Shown here: piece by piece, positions 15,270 through 19,303 of the stretch
Layout of the letters: every line of letters begins with the position of its first letter
How positions within the stretch are numbered: the first letter of the stretch is position 1
NCBI GenBank assembly: GCA_037447435.1
Contig: JBBIGR010000010.1
Span: 115,961-135,263, forward strand
Direction of reading: 5' to 3'
Length of the DNA: 19,303 nucleotides
Source: Fibrobacteria bacterium
GTDB lineage: Bacteria > Fibrobacterota > Chitinivibrionia > Chitinivibrionales > FEN-1185
Position numbers and translations under genes: made by a program
The notes under the pieces: generated by a model
What the model saw: only the letters and a program-made list of their open reading frames with translations
Databases searched by the model: none
Told to the model about the DNA's origin: nothing

Positions 15270-16136
15270 ATGGGTGAAACGATATTCGATAAAAAAGATT
15301 TGGACATTGCCTGGTGCCCGGGATGCGGCAACTTTTCAATACTATCAATTGTAAAACAAGCCGTATTCGAGTTGGGACTTTTGCCGCAAAATATCGTCGT
15401 CGCATGCGGCATTGGGCAGGCGCCTAAAACGCCTCATTATTTCAATACGAATATGTTCAACGGTCTTCACGGCAGGGCATTACCCGCGGCAACCGCAATA
15501 AAAGCTTGTAACCCTTCGCTTACCGTAATTGCCGAAGGCGGTGACGGCGATATGTACGGTGAGGGCGGCAACCACTTTATTCATACGGTGCGCCGCAATC
15601 CCGACATTGCCCACCTTGTCCATGATAATATGGTGTATGGATTGACAAAAGGACAGGCCTCGCCGACGAGCAGGCGGGGCTTTGTGACGCCGGTGCAGGT
15701 AGACGGGGTGATTTCGGAACCGTTTAATCCGCTGTCGGTGGCAATTAGTTTGAACGCTTCGTTCGTTGCGCGAGTCTTTGCCGGAGATATTCCGCAATCC
15801 GTGGAAATAGTCAAAAAGGCCATTCTTCACAAAGGATATGCATTGGTCGATATCTTGCAACCATGCGTGACGTTCAACAAAATCAATACATTCAAATGGT
15901 TCAAGGACAATACCTATTATATAGCTCCTTCGCATGATCCCAAAAACAGGTTGGCAGCCTTTGAACTCGCGATTCAAAACGATCGGCTTCCGTTGGGAAT
16001 ATTGTACATCAATGAGGAAAAATCCGTTTTTCATGAAGCGTGCGGTGCATATGCAACTGATGCAAGACCCCTGCATCAGAGGCCTATTTTAGCCGAGCAA
16101 GCCCTGCAGCTCGCCGAGAAAATAGGGAAGATGTAA
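15270..16136 (+). CDS. 2-oxoacid:ferredoxin oxidoreductase beta (TPP-binding) subunit (KorB/OorB-like)
   Basis: [18 protein letters not shown]...N TPP/Mg motif, [26 protein letters not shown] upstream. Confidence 0.93.
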   Translation: MGETIFDKKDLDIAWCPGCGNFSILSIVKQAVFELGLLPQNIVVACGIGQAPKTPHYFNTNMFNGLHGRALPAATAIKACNPSLTVIAEGGDGDMYGEGGNHFIHTVRRNPDIAHLVHDNMVYGLTKGQASPTSRRGFVTPVQVDGVISEPFNPLSVAISLNASFVARVFAGDIPQSVEIVKKAILHKGYALVDILQPCVTFNKINTFKWFKDNTYYIAPSHDPKNRLAAFELAIQNDRLPLGILYINEEKSVFHEACGAYATDARPLHQRPILAEQALQLAEKIGKM

Positions 16137-16140
16137 CAGG

Positions 16141-16179
16141 AATTCTAAACGGAGCATTTTATAATCTCCGGTTAGAATT
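16141..16179. terminator. Inverted repeat between convergent OFOR beta and surface-protein genes
   Basis: AATTCTAA-a-CGGAG (16141-16154), 11-nt loop, CTCCG-g-TTAGAATT (16166-16179). Confidence 0.65.
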
Positions 16180-16199
16180 TAAGAGTTTATTAAAAAAAA

Positions 16200-19100
16200 T
16201 CATCGACAGACACATCTAAATCCAAGGTCAGAGTTTTGGCTTGACGGGCCTGTTGCGCTTCGATAAGCTGAAAAAAGCTGGCTACGATAATTCGTTTTAG
16301 AAAATGACCCTCCACGAAATGTACGGGAGGTTCCTGTTGGATCTCCAATTGGGTCTGAAACAGTTGCAGACGGATAAGTACTTGACCAATCATTACACCA
16401 TTCGGATACATTTCCATTTATATCATAGAGGCCAAAGGGATTTGCCATTTTTGTTGCTACAATCTCCGTGTTTGTTGTATTATATGCAGTCCATTCGCGA
16501 TCATTAATTCCTGAAGTATCGGCACCCCACCAAAAATTGGTTAATGTGCCTCCACGGCATGCATATTCCCACTCTGCTTCAGTAGGAAGACGATAACCAT
16601 TTTTCGAAACGTTTATTACTAGATTTGGTAAATCTGAACAGCCATTTCCAGGTGGGCCAACAATGCTTGAAAATGAATATACAGTATCCTTACCATCGGC
16701 CAAACTTCGTGCATTACAATATAGTACAGCATCGAACCAAGTTGTACTTTCTACTGGATGCGATAAATCTGGTTTGTAATTTGAAGGATTGGCAGCCATG
16801 AGTCTTAAATAATCAGCTTGCGTTATTTCTGTGGCATCCATTTTAAATGGGGAAAGATTAACAGTATGAACTGGTTCAGATATTCCAGTTTGTCCCATAA
16901 AAAAGGATCCACCTGATAATGAAACCATATTACGAGGTATTCCTGTTTTTACATTACTTGCAGCCGATTCGATCCCTCCTTTAATTGCAGTCACAACGAA
17001 GGCATATTTTTCACCATTAGTTAATCCTGTTTTTGTATACGTCAATTGTGAGCCGAGTGCGATTTTGGTACCAGTTAAAATGGATACGGTTGATGATTGC
17101 AAAAAATAAATATTGTATGCTGTTGCAGTACTGGTCGGCGCGCTCCAATTAAGTGTGATACTTGAATTACCAGAAATTAAAGAAAAACCTGTCGGTGGAG
17201 TTACTACAATGTTAACCGCTATAGAAATTGATTGTGTATCTGAGAGCAAACCATCGGAAGCAATGAACTTAACCGAATACGAATTTGCTTGTGAATAGGA
17301 GGGAGTCCAAGAAAAAGAACCATTTGCAAATGTCGCACCGGTAGGTAAACCTAAAGCTGAAATGGTTGGAGTTGTGCCGTCCGGATCTGTGGCAGTAACA
17401 TTAAAGCTTAAGCTTTGTCCTTCATTTATAGTTTTATTTCCAATAGTTGAGATAACTGGAGGCTGATTTACATTGTTTACTGTGATTGTAATCGCCTGAG
17501 TGTCAGAAAGTGAACCGTCAGAAGCAATAAATTTTACCAAGTAAGAATTTGCTTGTGAATATGAAGGAGTCCAGGAAAAAGTACCATTAGCAAACGATGC
17601 CGTTGCCGGTAAGCTTAAAATACTTAATATTGGCGTATCCCCATCTGGGTCAGTAGCTGCAACATTAAAAGTTAGATTTTGTCCTTCGTTTATTGATTTG
17701 TTCCCGATAATAGAAAGTTTGGGCGGTTGATTTTTATTTATCACTACAATACTAATTGGAAATGTGTCAGATAAAGGAGCGGGGGTGCCGTTATCCGATG
17801 ATATGAATTTTATATTTTGAATAATTAGGCTATCATTTGATGCTGCACATGCATATGATGGACTAAAAACGAAAGCCCCCGTTGTAGAATCAAAAGTAAA
17901 TAGAGTCGCACATGAAAATATTGTTTTGTCATCTATTTTCCGCCTTATTATTTCTTTTGCGCTATCTAGATCCGTAACATTGGCGGAAAGCCTTAAGGTA
18001 TCGCCTTCTTTAATTCTCAAGATTTGATTTTTAGATAGTGCCTGTGCTCCGTTAAAAATTGATAGCATTGGAATTGCATTTACTTTCCCGACAGAAATTG
18101 CAATGGATGTGGTAGTAGTATCTTTATAATCATAAGTTCCAAGAACAATTATGCCCGATACAGAATCTGTTAAAGCTGATTGCCATGAAACAGTCTTACC
18201 AACTATAATTGGCAATAGTCGGGGTAAGGTTGAGCTTTTTATAAAATATTTAACGGAATCGCCATCTGGATCTGAGGCATTTATATCAAATGAAAGCACT
18301 TCTCCTGCGTTTAAAGAATATGTAGTCTTAGGTTTGTCCTGATCAAATATTGGTTTCCTATTCACATTCTTAACATGAAGAATTATAGTAAGTTCTACTC
18401 CCTTTGGTTCAATTCCATCGGATGCAGATATTTTTATCATGTGGCTTCCGGAGTCTGAATAGGTCGCTTTATATTGCCAGGTTCCAAATACGAGTGAGTT
18501 TTTAATTGGATCCCCCGAGGTCATTTGAAAAGAAATTTTGTCTCCATTTGTATCGTTTACCAAATTTGCAAGATTCATTATGATTGAATCATTTTCAAGT
18601 ACTTCTACTTTAATTGTATCTTTTGTCCACTTTGGTGGGGTATTAATTAAACTGGATAAAATATGGGGTGAAGGAGCAGAGGAACCTTGTGAATTTGTTG
18701 AAACAACATAATAATAAAAAGAAGAATCCTTGATTGTATTTGAAAAAGAAGAATCTGTAATAGTGTCTATGGGAATAAATCCGGTTGTATCTTTTGAACG
18801 AAAAATTTGATACCCGTCTGCATTTTTCGCTGAGGGCCATTTGAAGGTAAAAGTCCCCTTAATTCTCGAAATGGCAATAAGATTCTTTACGCTTTCCGGA
18901 AATGGAATATTTTTCCTAACTTCAATAACGACTTTTAATGTGTCAGACATTTGAGGAAGGCCGTTATCTACTGCTCTGCAGATTATCGTATCAAACTTTA
19001 TAGAATCTAAGCCAAGATACCCGGAAGGAACTGCCCAGGTAAATAATGAGTCATTAAAATGAAAGTTCAATGGAGATTTGAGAATAAAAATCGAATCCTT

Positions 19101-19229
19101 TTGTCCAATGTCCGGATCAGATACTTTAATTGTTAGTGAACAAATGTCAGTCGGAAGGATTTTTGTATGGCTTTTTAATAGTGATAATGTTGGTTTATGA
19201 TTAATGTTTGCCAAAGTTATTACATGCAA
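16200..19229 (-). CDS. Large multidomain surface protein with cadherin-like/Ig repeats, two FN3 domains and a C-terminal FGE-sulfatase (SUMF1-like) domain; 5' part interrupted or incomplete
   Basis: Repeated NxxP...DPDGD...W.P...SDG Ig/cadherin units; FN3 signatures (FKWPSAKNADGYQIFR, LNWSAP...YNIY...TGLTNGEKYAFVVTA); FGE domain from about residue 768 (GGSFFMG, TEITQ, HPVE..TWFDA, YRLPTEAEWEYACRGG, NPFGLYDINGNVSEWCND, RGGSF, GFRCV). No SD or signal peptide at the TTG start; in-frame TAG at 19256-19254. Confidence 0.85.
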   Translation of the reverse strand: MHVITLANINHKPTLSLLKSHTKILPTDICSLTIKVSDPDIGQKDSIFILKSPLNFHFNDSLFTWAVPSGYLGLDSIKFDTIICRAVDNGLPQMSDTLKVVIEVRKNIPFPESVKNLIAISRIKGTFTFKWPSAKNADGYQIFRSKDTTGFIPIDTITDSSFSNTIKDSSFYYYVVSTNSQGSSAPSPHILSSLINTPPKWTKDTIKVEVLENDSIIMNLANLVNDTNGDKISFQMTSGDPIKNSLVFGTWQYKATYSDSGSHMIKISASDGIEPKGVELTIILHVKNVNRKPIFDQDKPKTTYSLNAGEVLSFDINASDPDGDSVKYFIKSSTLPRLLPIIVGKTVSWQSALTDSVSGIIVLGTYDYKDTTTTSIAISVGKVNAIPMLSIFNGAQALSKNQILRIKEGDTLRLSANVTDLDSAKEIIRRKIDDKTIFSCATLFTFDSTTGAFVFSPSYACAASNDSLIIQNIKFISSDNGTPAPLSDTFPISIVVINKNQPPKLSIIGNKSINEGQNLTFNVAATDPDGDTPILSILSLPATASFANGTFSWTPSYSQANSYLVKFIASDGSLSDTQAITITVNNVNQPPVISTIGNKTINEGQSLSFNVTATDPDGTTPTISALGLPTGATFANGSFSWTPSYSQANSYSVKFIASDGLLSDTQSISIAVNIVVTPPTGFSLISGNSSITLNWSAPTSTATAYNIYFLQSSTVSILTGTKIALGSQLTYTKTGLTNGEKYAFVVTAIKGGIESAASNVKTGIPRNMVSLSGGSFFMGQTGISEPVHTVNLSPFKMDATEITQADYLRLMAANPSNYKPDLSHPVESTTWFDAVLYCNARSLADGKDTVYSFSSIVGPPGNGCSDLPNLVINVSKNGYRLPTEAEWEYACRGGTLTNFWWGADTSGINDREWTAYNTTNTEIVATKMANPFGLYDINGNVSEWCNDWSSTYPSATVSDPIGDPTGTSRTFRGGSFSKTNYRSQLFSAYRSATGPSSQNSDLGFRCVCR
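17205..17732 (-). repeat. Intragenic tandem duplication of two 264-bp (88-aa) Ig/cadherin-like units
   Basis: Units begin NQPP at 17732 and 17468; 66 of 88 residues identical by hand alignment, with no gaps. Confidence 0.92.
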
Positions 19230-19303
19230 ATAAGCTGCTGCGGTGGTAATTGCCTATTCTTGCCCATTCGGCACCCCATTATCGTTTGATCCGGCATGGT
19301 ACA

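Noticed and set aside
16141..16330. Diversity-generating retroelement target: the C-terminal FGE/CLec domain plus a downstream hairpin resembles a variable region with its stem-loop
   Set aside because: No template repeat or reverse transcriptase in the window. Many codons at would-be variable positions end in A or G (AAA, ACG, CAG, GCA, ACA, TCA, CAA) rather than the NNY pattern expected from AAY templates, and the hairpin is explained as a terminator between convergent genes. A genome-wide search for a near-copy differing only at adenines would settle a remote DGR.
19254..19256. Pyrrolysine or genome-wide TAG recoding as the explanation for the in-frame stop
   Set aside because: TAG serves as a normal stop for gloB (4333-4335) and the ROK gene (8273-8271), and no pyl genes are in the window.

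Overview
Bacterial chromosomal window, mostly housekeeping and metabolic genes. Left to right: (1) a tightly packed minus-strand unit of a NodI/NodJ-like ABC-2 exporter, earP and an Arg32-type efp (efp is missing from the ORF track because it runs off the left edge); (2) glyoxalase II; (3) a DEAD-box RNA helicase; (4) a DUF763-like protein followed by a cysteine synthase; (5) a hexose module of ROK kinase, FucP/GluP-type MFS and mannose-6-phosphate isomerase, split by an AT-rich spacer and a secreted fascin-like beta-trefoil gene; (6) a two-subunit 2-oxoacid:ferredoxin oxidoreductase; (7) an AT-rich, 5'-interrupted surface protein with cadherin/Ig repeats, FN3 domains and a C-terminal FGE-sulfatase (C-type lectin fold) domain. 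Gene content and clear Shine-Dalgarno use suggest an anaerobe of the FCB group, possibly Fibrobacterota; this is inference only. The most interesting leads are: a helix-hairpin-helix motif plus a terminal beta-clamp-binding motif (QMSLF) in the DUF763 protein; strong enrichment of Bacteroidota-type O-glycosylation sequons in the surface protein; the earP-efp rhamnosylation module with a variant loop, coupled to an ABC exporter; and an OFOR beta subunit missing a canonical Fe-S cysteine. No CRISPR array, RNA gene or mobile element was seen.
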